The notes under the pieces: generated by a model
What the model was told of the DNA's origin: nothing
What the model saw: the letters and a program-made list of their open reading frames with translations, nothing else
The model's database searches: none
Position numbers and translations under genes: made by a program
In this document: positions 51,920 to 64,000 of the stretch, piece by piece
Layout of the letters: the number at the start of each line of letters is the position of its first letter
Position numbering within the stretch: the stretch's first letter is position 1
Source of the DNA: Basidiobolus meristosporus CBS 931.73
Taxonomy: Eukaryota; Fungi; Basidiobolomycota
Direction of reading: 5' to 3'
NCBI GenBank assembly: GCA_002104905.1
Contig: MCFE01000047.1
Span: 1-64,000 of the forward strand
DNA length: 64,000 bases

Positions 51920-54900
51920 ATGCAGGACGAAGAATTAGCACAACAGGAGTACCAAATCCCAGAAGATGTCCTCTCTGTCTTACCCTACTTTGATGGATTC
52001 ACGACCAAATTCTACATGCATGGTTTTCTTCATAAGAAAAATGAATCCACCCCGGATGGTAGACCTTTCAAGATGCGAGACTGGACTCGGTGGTATGTTG
52101 AGTTGTGTGGGCCTGTTATGATCTTTTGGAGAGCAACTCCCGAATATACCACAAGTAATGTTGAGAAATTGAAGGCTCTGGTTGCTCCGAACTTCTTGAA
52201 CGTCTCAGATTCCATCGTAAACGTTACCCAAGAGCAGGACGGCCGTAAATTCGTATTCTCACTCAATACCTCGGGAGCAAACTGCTTTTACATGGAGACC
52301 GGAAGTTTCAACGAGCTCAATGACTGGGTTTGTGCTATTCGTCTCTCATCTTATGAGATGGCCAAATTACACCATATGTATACATATGTGATCCTAACTC
52401 GCCCCAACTTCGCCAACCACTTTTCTACATATCACACTTTTACCGAAGGCCAGCTTCAGATTAAATATGCTGGCGCTTCTCAGTGGAGACAATGCTGGGC
52501 TGTGTTGGATAATAGTAATGCTGCTTCACCTGGTGGACCACAAGTCCAGTTCTTCGAGGACAATCATTCCGGCCCTTTCCTTACGTTGAGGAAAGCATAT
52601 CAAGCCTATTCGGTATACCCCGAGAGACCGGAGCTTTCAGACGTTTCGGGAATATTCAAAGTAGAGGGGACTATAGATATCAACATTGATAATAACGGGA
52701 TTAGACCCGAATTCATTATTATGAGCGCCGAGACTCCAGATGATATGGCAAGATGGGTGGTTGCCATTTTCGATGCATACAAGCTTTTGGGAAGACCTGA
52801 GCAACTTGATATCCCTCCTGCCCCTTCCGATGCCCAAAACCTTTTCTTGGATGTTGCGCAGGTCAATCACTTAGATATGGCCCGTAACAATTCGATGGAT
52901 TGCAAGCGTTTGTTCGAGAACGTTCTTACAGGAAACAATGAGCCCCTACATGAGCAAATGATGAATATGAAGCTCGAAAATGCCCCCAAAGTCACCAGAA
53001 CCGCTACTAAATCATCAGTCAGCTTCGCACCAAACACCAAGAAGAACGGAAAGAAGCCCAAGGCCGTCCTTCCAAGTGATTCCGAAGAGTCTGATGAAGA
53101 AGTGATGGTCGAAGAATCGGATAGTGATGATGATGATGGGTTGTTCATCAGCGCACCCGCTACCCAGCAATATGGTATATTTGGCTGGTTCCAAAACTCT
53201 TACCTCTGTTCTTAGCATTGACGATTTCTTGTAGAGAACACAAGCGCACGCTCTGAACGTGAATCAGTTGAACTTCAAGCGCAGTCATTGTCCAAGGTGC
53301 CCAAGGCCAAAAAACAGCTAGCCAGCGAATCAGAATCAGATAGTGATGATGGTGAACTTTTCAAAAAAGCACCCGGTGTCCAGCAACAGGGTTAGTCTGT
53401 GCATTAACTTGAGGGTCAAGTTTGTTTAAATAACATCATCTACAGAGAAGATAGAATCTATTGCTGGAGGTGAGTCGAATGACCTCACTGCATCGGCTTC
53501 GGCCAAAGCATTGAAAGCCAAAAAGCAGTTAGCGAGTGACTCTGAAGAAGAAAGCGATGTAGATGGTACTCAGCAACATGGTAAATATGCACTGTTTCCA
53601 CGATATCTCAGAATCCAAAGTAATAGCTCCTATCTTCTACAAAAGAAGTTGGTCCCACCACCGAAAATACTACGGCCAATCTTAAGGTGCCAAAAGCCAA
53701 AAAACAATTGGCAAGTGAATCGGAGGAAGATAGTGACGATGGTGAGCTATTCACCGGGGTGCGCAGCACTCAGCAACATGGTAAATATGAGTCATTTCTT
53801 TAATGTTTCGTCGATATTGAAGTTTTGACACATTTGCTCATCCTCAAAGAATCAGAAGCTAGTACTGAGAGTGGGCCAGTTGAGCTTAATGCCGAGTCCT
53901 CGTCTAATGGAGCTCCTACAGCTAAATCACTAAAGGCTAAGAAGCAATTAGCAAGTGATTCTGAAGAGGAGAGTGACCAAGATACCCATCTATCTAATCA
54001 GCAATCGTCGCCGGCTCAGTCATTTGCAACCAAGTCTTCGGACCCTGAACCTGCGGTTCCTAAAGCTAGAAAACTCAAGGCCAAAGCCGTCTTACCATCC
54101 GATTCTGAGGAGAGCGAGCATGAAGACGAGGATCCAGTGTTCATCAGCGACAACAAAGCTTTACAGCAACAACAGCCTGTTATAGCTTTTACTGGGCCTG
54201 AAAACGACATGTACCACGATCCACGCTACGCCAGTTCCGCGAATCAATTTCCACGCCCTACATCGGCAGTTGACCCTCGACCCATGAGCTATAATACCAT
54301 GAACCCTTACCCTCAGGATATTGGACGCAGGGATCAAATGGGACGACAATATCCCCACAGCATTGCTCAGAGTGAATACGATCCAAGATACCCAGGCTGG
54401 GAGGGAGGAGCTCCAGGCGCCAGCATGTATGCACGTGATCCTAGCATGGATGCAGAGGAGAGATGGCGTCGCGAGGAGTTTGAACGTCGCCGATTTGATA
54501 TGGGCCCAGCTTCGCCTACTCTACAGTCCAGTATGTATGGCGTAGAGGATGAAATGCCCATCGGCGGCTTCAACCCAATGGATAGGCGCCAACTTGAGCA
54601 CCAGCGCTTGACCGCCATGAGAGGAAACAGCATGTATGCATACAACAACTCCAGCAGCTATGGTATGGGCATGCCTATGAACATGCCCATGAATATGCCC
54701 ATGAACAATGGATCTGGGTATTATGCCGGCTCTGCATACATGGATGATTCTGGATTCGATTACCACGACCCAGCTTTCGGATATTCGCCATACCAATCAA
54801 GAATGGAGCCCATGGGGCTATTGGCCGCGCATGAAGCTGCTAGACTCTCTCGCTTTGAACAGCCCAGACACGGACCTTTAATACAGGTCGATAAAAAGAA

Positions 54901-55990
54901 GGTCACTCATCAAGTGGGCTTAGTAGGTGCTATTGCTGCTAGGGAGCAGTACAAAGCTACACACAAATACACCAATGCCAACTCTGGTAGCGCAATGCTA
55001 GAGTTGGCTCGCGAGAGGGAGGGGGCTCTTGAAAGAGAAAAGGAGCGTATGTTGATGGAGCAAAGACAGCAGGTTTACTATCAAGAGGAGCTTCGTCGAA
55101 GGATGGGTGCAGCAAGCACTGACAGAGGTTACATGTACCCCTCTTACGGCGGTGTTCCCCCGATGAACCCAATGATGCGCCCCGGAAGCAATGTATATAT
55201 CCCTGAAGGCTCAGATGAGGAGGACAATCAAACTCTTGTAAGAGCTCTCCCGGGGCAGCGGTTTTCTTCACCACACCTTCCTCAACAGCCTCAAAGCATG
55301 TATGGAGCTCCGAGCAACCAGCATCTTTCTATCTCACCTCAGTACCCTTCCCGATTATCCGCACCAATGAATAATGATGCTGCCCCGATTAGCCCAGGTG
55401 GACTGGGCCGTCACTCGTACATGGAATCTGGCTCGTTTGCTCCAGCCGCCCGTTCAGTTCAGAATGCTGGTGTTGGATATCCTGTCAACCAACGACCAGC
55501 TTCTTCATTTGCATCAACCAACTCATCTTCAAATGTCTCCCCCGCCTCATCAAGAAATCACATAGAGTCGATCACAACAGGTTCTCAAAATTCATTTGCC
55601 CAGCCTAAGCTAGCCGAGATGTCCCCGCAACCACTTGTCATGAGCTCTCTATCTTCGGCCATGGGTGTAAGCGTCTCCAATGATATGGAGCAGAGTGGTT
55701 CTGAAAGCGAGGAGGAAAATGTTCCTACGGCCAGTGGCGAAATTTCCGACAAGTTTGAGGAGTTTATCGATGACAAAGTAGAGATGAAACCATATTCATT
55801 TGTCGATTCTCAACACCTGTACGACTCGTATCTGTCGTGGTGTCGCGTGAAGAGATTACCACCCAGTGCTCAGGCGGGGCCAGGGCAAATGGAAGCTCTA
55901 ATGATGGAAAATGGATTTACTAAGAAGAAGAAGAAAGATGCGTCCCCAGATGAAGAGCCTGAGCAGTGGTACAACATTACTATAGTCTAA
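51920..55990 (+). CDS. PH-domain protein, CAF120/SKG3-like, with repeated basic-acidic exons and a low-complexity C-terminus
   Basis: FYMHGFLHKKNE..WTRWYVELCGPVMIFW, LNTSGANCFY..WVCAIRLSSYE, WRQCWAVL, AYSVYPE and WVVAIFDAYKLLGRP; 4 phase-1 introns at 53175-53849. Confidence 0.82.
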
Positions 55991-56543
55991 TTCAAACTAT
56001 CTTTCTATGCAGATGCATGGAACCCTAAAATCCAACCGACCCGTCGGTTACTAGTACGACAGGCTTATCTCAGCAATCCTCGACCTAGTTGATCCTGACC
56101 CTTCACACCATCCATCCCACTTCGTTAATTAGCCAATGCACCTGCCTATACTTACGCATCATCCATTCCTACCACTTTCACTTTGCTGCAGATATAAACC
56201 TTTTTATTTCCTCCCATTTTTTCCTATGCATTATTCATATAACCACCATCATTCGGTTGGTTGGTTAACTATTTATAATTTTTTACGACCAAAATCTTTT
56301 CCCTCTTCGTCTATATTTGTTTCATACCTTATCCACACTGCAATAAAGTCCCATCAAGTATGTTGGTATATGACGGTTTATCCTATGAATGTGTATATAT
56401 CAACGTACATACTCGATTGTTGAATAATGTAACACTGCTAGGATAGGATATTAACATTTATTTGATTAATAGTTGGTCCATAAAATGCGGTGTAATGCTA
56501 AATGCTGATTGTTTAACTTGGCCGGAGTTAATACGAAGATTAT

Positions 56544-57745
56544 TTATACAAGTGTGACGTAGTTTTCATGCTCTACTACCAATGGAGATTCGTTGTAACC
56601 AAGTATTTTGGAGACCATGGCCTCCTTGCAACCCTTGATACGGTCGAGTTCTTTGCTGGAATAGTTGACTAGTCCTTTGCCGACCATCACCGTGCCAACT
56701 TCTCCATTTTTGTTGATGGGCTTCTCCACCGCAATACTCACTCCTTGATTAGGGACAAATTGTCCGTCCACGCGGAGAATGTGTGAGCTGGAGAGTGCAT
56801 TAGGGTCTTTTGCCAGCTTGCTTGCAGATTCCTCATCAACCACAACTGTACCAGCAGTGTGGATCCCATGTAGAATCCACCACTTGCGGTCAACCATGGG
56901 AACTGACTTGGCAATAAAGCAGGTGTGCAATGGGACCGAAGCCTTCTTGCCATTGTCACCGCCCTCATAGTGCTCGATGATGTCAAACACGCGTTCTGGC
57001 TCGCTTCCTCGAGTGATCACTGTGTGGACTCCGGCGGAGGTGGCCAACTCAGCTGCAATCAGCTTGGTCACCATTCCTCCTGTTCCGACCGAACTGCCAG
57101 GGCTTGTTACGTTCACCTCCCTCTTTAGTTGCTCAATGTCAGTCACCTTTGACACTACCTTGGCATCAGGGTTTGTACGAGGATTGTCAGTGTACAAGCA
57201 GTCCACATCGGTCAGTAGGAACAGATAGTCCGCATGAACCATCCCGCAGTGATGGCACTCAGTGTGTCATTGTCTCCAAATCGGATCTCGTTCACACTGA
57301 TGGTGTCATTCTCGTTGACAATTGGAACCACTCCAGCTTTGAACAACTCCTCGAATGTATCCCTGGCATTGTTGTAGCGAGTACGATCGGCAAGATCCCC
57401 CTTGGTGATGAGAATCTGGGCGGTGGGTTGCTTGAACATGGAGAAGAGATCCTCATAAAGACTCATCAACTTGCTTTGACCCACGGCGGCCAATGCTTGC
57501 TTCTTGGCAAGCTCTGGTGGCTTGACATCCACGTTCAGGGCACGCATCCCGATTCCTACGGCGCCACTTGTGGTTAGCACGACGCGATGGCCAAGTGACT
57601 TCAGCTTGACGATGGTTTCCACGATATGGGAAAGGTTGGCCAGATGTGGAAGATGGGTGACTTCATCACAGATAGAGGAAGTGCCCAACTTTAAAACGAT
57701 GGTCAAGGCTCGGCTATTAGTTTGAGTAAGATTATTATTGGTCAT
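56544..57745 (-). CDS. PRO1: glutamate 5-kinase + PUA domain, copy A (1-bp deletion near 57245)
   Basis: IVLKLGTSSI, SGAVGIG, PIVNENDT, FGDNDTLSA, GTGGMVTK and GLVNYSS. Near-identical to copy B except for a missing T at atccc(t)gcag. Confidence 0.9.
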
Positions 57746-58956
57746 ATTGAAAGGTCTACTGCAATAAATGAGTTGACTGTCGATGATGGTGAAAGTAACC
57801 AGATGCACCGCTGGTTTTATACCCGCCATGCCGTTTGCAAATTTATACGACATACATTATTCTTACACTGGAGATTCCGGATTCATCCGGGCAACTTACA
57901 TTTCAATAATAGCTGCGTAATTTAGGTAAAAAACAAAGAATTCTAATGGACGTGAGTTTGACCGATATTTCATTGCCCATGATATGATGTCATTGCATTA
58001 GCCAACACTCCGTCTCGCTTTTGGTTCGCGTGTCACAAAAATAGTGGGGAGTAACTTCAGAGTCGACACGCATTAATCAGAATTCTTTTGGTTCAACCAG
58101 CCCGCTCCATATGTATTTACAATTATCCCAACATCTCAGCTTGTTACATATCGATTGAACATCAATGCCCACCTTACGTATATTGACGTAGCTTTCAGTA
58201 AATATAATCATCTACCAATGATATGAGTGGTAGATAAGATCAGCTTAGATAGGGGCCCGCACCTGCTCAACAAAATAAAGTTCGATCCAGAACTGCTATT
58301 TAAGTTCTCCTCATGATCCATTTCATTGGTAAATTGTCCATAAATGGGTTATGCCGCTCCAATACTGCTGCTCAAGCACATGTCTATTATTAAATCACTT
58401 ATTCTATTGGATTGGTACCGTTGACCCATACATTGATTGTTCCAATTCCTTGACATCATGGCGGTAACCGATCCCGCAATCTGTGGAAGGATATGCCCGA
58501 TATCATCATGCGTTTTATTGGTCTGATTTTGAAAAATGAAACAATTCTTTTCCACGAACGTGTGGTTCCCTTTCTGTACCTTGTACATCCAAATTAGGCC
58601 AGGAAAATTACCCGAGAATTCGAGAACCCATCCCTTTCTCTGGCACAATTCTCCATGTCGGCACCATATTGGTTACTTTGGGTTCTGGGGTAGATGTACA
58701 TAATTGGTCAATGGTTGTAAACTCCGGAGATCAAGTGATTGAGGATAACGGGTACTCCTTGAGCTACCGGCAAACTAGATTCGCTTGTTTCATGCCCCTT
58801 CGGTATTATCTGTGTTTTGACAAACACAAGTCACCCATGGAAGTGACACACGATCTGGTGCGGAAATTGATTAGACATTTTAAGTGTCGAGTCTAGGATT
58901 TATTTGTTAAGTTTAAGTCACGATATCCATTAAAATTACATTATTATATATGCTAT

Positions 58957-60150
58957 TTACACGAGAGTAACATAATTTTCCCGTTCAACTACAAGGGGAG
59001 ACACATTGTATCCGAGCAGTTTGGAGACCATGGCCTCCTTACAGCCCTTAATACGGTCGAGTTCTTTGCTGGAATAGTTGACTAGTCCTTTGCCGACCAT
59101 CACCGTGCCAACTTCTCCATTTTTGTTGATGGGCTTCTCCACCGCAATACTCACTCCTTGATTAGGGACAAATTGTCCGTCTACGCGGAGAATGTGTGAG
59201 CTGGAGAGTGCGCTAGGGTCGGTTGCAAGTTTGTTGGCTGATTCCTCATCAACCACAACTGTACCAGCAGTGTGGATCCCATGTAGAATCCACCACTTGC
59301 GGTCAACCATGGGAACTGACTTGGCAATAAAGCAGGTGTGCAATGGGACCGAAGCCTTCTTGCCATTGTCACCGCCCTCATAGTGCTCGATGATGTCAAA
59401 CACGCGTTCTGGCTCGCTTCCTCGAGTGATCACTGTGTGGACTCCGGCGGAGGTGGCCAACTCAGCTGCAATCAGCTTGGTCACCATTCCTCCTGTTCCG
59501 ACCGAACTGCCTGGCGTTGCTACGTTCACTTCTTTCTTCAGTTGCTCGATGTCAGTCACCTTTGACACTACCTTGGCATCAGGGTTTGTACGAGGATTAT
59601 CAGTGTACAAGCAGTCCACATCGGTCAGTAGGAACAGATAGTCCGCATGAACCATCCCTGCAGTGATGGCACTCAGCGTGTCATTGTCTCCAAATCGGAT
59701 CTCGTTCACACTGATGGTGTCATTCTCGTTGACAATTGGAACCACTCCAGCTTTGAACAACTCCTCGAATGTATCCCTGGCATTGTTGTAGCGAGTACGA
59801 TCGGCAAGATCCCCCTTGGTGATGAGAATCTGGGCGGTGGGTTGCTTGAACATGGAGAAGAGATCCTCATAAAGACTCATCAACTTGCTTTGACCCACGG
59901 CGGCCAATGCTTGCTTCTTGGCAAGCTCTGGTGGCTTGACATCCACATTCAGGGCACGCATCCCGATTCCTACGGCGCCACTTGTGGTTAGCACGACGCG
60001 ATGGCCAAGTGACTTCAGCTTGACGATGGTTTCCACGATATGGGAAAGGTTGGCCAGATGTGGAAGATGGGTGACTTCATCACAGATAGAGGAAGTGCCC
60101 AACTTTAACACGATGGTCAAACTTTTACGACTCTCGGTATTCATTACCAT
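58957..60150 (-). CDS. PRO1: glutamate 5-kinase + PUA domain, copy B (intact, intronless)
   Basis: Complete 397-aa ORF with all of the motifs listed for copy A. Confidence 0.95.
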   Translation of the reverse strand: MVMNTESRKSLTIVLKLGTSSICDEVTHLPHLANLSHIVETIVKLKSLGHRVVLTTSGAVGIGMRALNVDVKPPELAKKQALAAVGQSKLMSLYEDLFSMFKQPTAQILITKGDLADRTRYNNARDTFEELFKAGVVPIVNENDTISVNEIRFGDNDTLSAITAGMVHADYLFLLTDVDCLYTDNPRTNPDAKVVSKVTDIEQLKKEVNVATPGSSVGTGGMVTKLIAAELATSAGVHTVITRGSEPERVFDIIEHYEGGDNGKKASVPLHTCFIAKSVPMVDRKWWILHGIHTAGTVVVDEESANKLATDPSALSSSHILRVDGQFVPNQGVSIAVEKPINKNGEVGTVMVGKGLVNYSSKELDRIKGCKEAMVSKLLGYNVSPLVVERENYVTLV

Positions 60151-61600
60151 GATGTATAAAGAATTTCAGATGAAATAGGAAAAATAAACGGACTCGGGCG
60201 ATTGCTTGAATTGTAGTAAAAGATTACTTGACAAACTTGTCGAATATGGTGTTGGATGTGGATTGAATCGGTCCGCCCACCTGCTTTTATACTTCCCCTG
60301 TCCAATTAAATGATATTTACGAAGGAGTTCAAAGGAATCGTTTATCCATGTGGCTCACCGGTATTTGACGTCAATATTATCTCTAATCATAACAAGTCCC
60401 CCCAATGTCCTGTGCGCTAGGAACCTTATTGATTAAGCACGTTTGATCAACAGTGATTAGTGGACGGATTTCCAAAATAGGCACTGATCCATTCTATTCC
60501 GTAGTATGGCAAATCTTACTGGTCTCCCATGGCCAGTCGACCAGTTCCCAGAATCAACTTATTTCAAGGACCTTCTTGAAAGAATCATCGGCAACGATCC
60601 AATTTGCAAATCGTAACTTGGGTCTGGCATTAATTCCCCCAACTCTGCAAAGGCTTCCTCTAGAACCTCCATCCCGCACCCGATCTAGGCACTATCCTAT
60701 CCGAAGATCTCCAGTCAAAATACAGCCTACCCTTAATTGCCAAGCGTCCGAAAACATCGAGCAAAGAAATCATGCCAGCATTCCGTGTTTTGTGGTCTAA
60801 AAATACGTACCCCATTCTAGAATCACCCAGGTTCATCTATGATGGAATACTGGAATTCCCAAGTGGGCTGGATATATATGGAAAGTCACGTTGACATCAG
60901 CGTGTGCGGTGATCGCGAATCCATGTGAAAATGTGCAGCATGTTGCATAACCTGTTGATGATATAATGGAGCTACGCGAAGGGGGAGGGGAATGTCGGTT
61001 GCCAATTCTATTAGTGTGTGGGTGCATGAATGTTAGTTGGGATCACTTGTGCTAACACATTGCTCATGCCACTGATGTTGTGCGAAGGTCAGGTTATGTC
61101 AAAGACTTGGTAAAGTCGCTTTTGACTGGTTTCATATGGTCGTCGGTATGCAGTGTGCTTCATGTCAGTGAAGAGACGAAAACCATGTATCAAGTAGCCA
61201 TATGTACGATGGCGATGATTGATTTGCAATGACATCATATCTAATCTATTTGTGTTCATACTGTTAAATCCAATAGAATAGGTTGGATAAGAAGGTTGTG
61301 TTTGAGATGGGCGAGTGAAAGCCCATCATTATAGGTGTTGACAATGGATTCAATTGCAAACCGACATTCCCAACGTCATTGAAATGAATGCAACCAGAGC
61401 ATGTAATCTTTTCATTCAACGATCCTGGCCACCCTAAGGTGTGTGCATATTGCGTTTCAATTGTTTGTGAAGTACCAGATCCTGAATGGCATGTTGGTCC
61501 GTATAAATTGGCGAAGCTGGACAGCGGACTTCTGAAGTCCCACTCATTGAGTAATCCAATTAATCCTCCATAGATCTGTCTGCTTAGAGCTGTTGACACA

Positions 61601-62795
61601 ATGATCGAAATCAAGAGCACCGACAGACAACTGACCATTGTCTTAAAGCTAGGAACCTCCTCCATCTGTGATGAAGTCACTCATGTTCCGCACCTTGCAA
61701 ATTTATCTCATATCGTAGAGACAATTGTTAAATTGAAAGGCCTGGGCCATCGCGTGGTTCTCACTACCAGTGGTGCTGTGGGCGTTGGGATGCGTGCTCT
61801 AAACGTGGATGTAAAACCTATAGAATTGGCAAAAAGACAAGCATTGGCTGCTGTGGGTCAGGGAAAATTGATGAGTCTTTATGAGGATCTCTTCTCCATG
61901 TTCAAGCAACCCACCGCTCAAATACTTCTCACAAAAGGTGACCTGGCCGATCATACTCGTTACAACAATGCTAGGGATACATTCGAGGAGTTGTTCAAAG
62001 CTGGAGTGGTTCCAATTGTCAACGAGAATGACACCATCAGTGTGAACGAGATCAAATTTGGAGACAATGACACACTGAGTGCCATCACTGCAGGGATGGT
62101 TCATGCGGACTATCTGTTCCTACTGACCGATGTGGACTGCTTGTACACTGATCAATCCTCGTACAAACCCTGATGCCAAGGTAGTGTCAAAGGTGACTGA
62201 CATTGAGCAACTGAAGAGGGAGGTGAACGTAACAAGCCCTGGCAGTTCGGTCGGAACAGGAGGAATGGTGACCAAGCTGATTGCAGCTGAGTTGGCCACC
62301 TCCGCCGGAGTCCACACAGTGATCACTCGAGGAAGCGAGCCAGAACGCGTGTTTGACATCATCGAGCACTACGAGGGCGGTGACAATGGCAAGAAGGCTT
62401 CGGTCCCATTGCACACCTGCTTTATTGCCAAGTCAGTTCCCATGGTTGACCGCAAGTGGTGGATTCTACATGGGATCCACACTGCTGGTACAGTTGTGGT
62501 TGATGAGGAATCTGCAAGCAAGCTGGCAAAAGACCCTAATGCACTCTCCAGCTCACACATTCTCCGCGTAGACGGACAATTTGTCCCTAATCAAGGAGTG
62601 AGTATTGCGGTGGAGAAGCCCATCAACAAGAATGGTGAGATTGGCACGGTGATGGTCGGCAAAGGACTAGTCAACTATTCCAGCAAAGAACTCAACCGTA
62701 TCAAGGGCTGTAAGGAGACCATGGTATCACAGATTCTTGGATGCAGCGAGTCGCCATTAGTTGTCGAGCAGGAAAATTATGTAGCCTTAGTTTAA
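61601..62795 (+). CDS. PRO1: glutamate 5-kinase + PUA domain, copy C (inverted; 1-bp insertion near 62152)
   Basis: ORFs 61601-62173 and 62130-62795 join if one base is removed at actga(t)caatcc. Confidence 0.9.
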
Positions 62796-63358
62796 ACTTT
62801 CAGAACAATGTCTCTCATATTAATTGGTGTTGTAGTTATATAGTTTCATGTGTATTTCTATCGATATATTCAGTAAAGAGTTCCAAAGCTAACCTAGAAA
62901 TGCCGAGTTGCTCTCTAACTCAAAGGGATGGTAAAAACTAGTGCTCGTCCTCCAGATTCCTAGTCCACATGCGTTGGGTTTGATAGCCCACTATCTGAAA
63001 ATACAAACGCTACAGAAAATATGGTAGAAAAGCATCTGAAGCCTGAATAAATAAAAGATCGTGAATTTATTGCCACCAAAAGTAAAAGCATAATCATTAC
63101 ACAAAGGCATTGCTCTTGCTGAATCTTTCTGGTACAAACGTGGTATGGAATTAAATAGCTGTGTTTATTAAGATGTTACTTGGGTATTAGGGAAAAGATA
63201 GCCTTGAGAGATCAACTACTCAATAAGAAAACTGAACGTGAATGTGGTGGCTTTTCCTATGCCCTCTTGAGTCAGCACATGGATGATATTTGATGAGTGA
63301 TATAGATAGGTGGAGAATTTCACTGAACTATGCTAGATTTCAACTACAAGTAGCAGGA

Positions 63359-64000
63359 CTATTCATTATCACCAGAGTTGGAGTCACCATTGTCATCAGC
63401 ATCTCCACCATCATCCCCTTGATCGTCACTACCATCCCCACCCCCAGTACCATCATCTCCACCATTGTCACCTTGGTCATCAGCATCATCATTGCCATCG
63501 TCTCAACACCATCCCCGCCGTTGTTGCCTTCATCATCTGCACCATCGTCCCCTTGATTGTCAGCTTCACCACTACCATCATCTTCACCTTGGTCATCAGC
63601 ATCATCATTGCCATCGTCTTCAACACCATCCCCGCCGTTGTTGCCTTCATCATCTGCACCATCGTCCCCTTGATTGTCAGCTTCACCACTACCATCATCT
63701 TCACCTTGGTCATCAGCACTATCGCCGTCGTTATCATCGTCTTCACCACTATCACCAGCATCGGCGTCATCCTCACCGTTATCGTTGGCGTCTCCGTTGT
63801 CATTGCTATCCTCCCCATCGTCCTGGCCGTCTGCACTGTCGATTTCATCTTGGTCATTTGCATCACTCTCATTAGCGTCATCGCCTTGATCGTCCGTAGC
63901 TTCGTCAACATCACCGTCGTCACCATCACCGCCATCATCCCCTTGATCAGTACCATTGTCGCCAGTATTATCACCACCATCGCCCTGGTCGTTTGAAGTA
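63359..64000 (-). CDS. C-terminal Asp/Gly/Asn-rich low-complexity tail of a gene starting beyond the window
   Basis: The minus frame reads TSNDQGDGGDNTGDNGTDQGDDGG...ADDQGEDDGSGEADNQGDDGADDEGNNGGDGVEDDGNDD (twice)...DSNSGDNE*. One 1-bp deletion near 63503. Confidence 0.75.
63485..63717. repeat. 117-bp (39-codon) tandem duplication within the acidic tail
   Basis: atcgtccccttgattgtcagc recurs at 63544 and 63661 (offset 117). Confidence 0.93.

Noticed and set aside
58349-58896. Short ORFs between PRO1 copies A and B; also 60453-60800 and 61388-61573 between B and C
   Set aside because: No recognisable motifs, splice pattern or codon bias; treated as intergenic.
56544-62795. PRO1 copies A and C as pseudogenes
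   Set aside because: Each has a single indel and no other decay, matching the window-wide pattern of probable assembly errors; left as CDS pending read evidence.
63489-63996. Hydrophobic Ile/Val/Thr and Met/Val ORFs (63553-63996 +, 63489-63980 -) that look like membrane proteins
   Set aside because: Frame and strand artefacts of the GAT/GGT-rich acidic coding repeat.

Overview
Gene-dense eukaryotic DNA with short GT-AG introns. Fungal-type actin, RPS6, a CAF120/SKG3-like gene and PRO1 point to a fungus, probably an early-diverging lineage (inference; the species cannot be named from the sequence). The window holds about 25 protein genes and one tRNA-Pro(CGG). The genes include a DHTKD1-like 2-oxoacid dehydrogenase E1, a TauD dioxygenase, an MFS permease, CGI121, an amino-acid transporter, RPS6, MRM2, a Nudix/IF-2B fusion, PTPA, a DDHD lipase, VPS8, actin, two convergent C2H2 paralogues, two convergent penta-EF-hand paralogues, a PPR protein, a membrane-anchored pseudo-septin, a PH-domain protein, three glutamate 5-kinase copies and an Asp/Gly-rich tail. 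The top lead is a spliced gene at 15706-19887, fragmented in the ORF track, that I read as a STIL/Ana2/SAS-5-like centriole-assembly protein (STIL_N motifs, coiled coil and STAN-like end). Other leads are an E1 paralogue with a remodelled substrate pocket next to a sulfonate-utilisation pair, a pseudo-septin with an LC3/Atg8-interacting-type motif, and mosaic gene conversion among the PRO1 copies. At least six isolated 1-bp frameshifts, including one in actin, suggest assembly indel errors. All homology calls come from motifs recalled from memory; no database search was run. Exon boundaries were read by eye.
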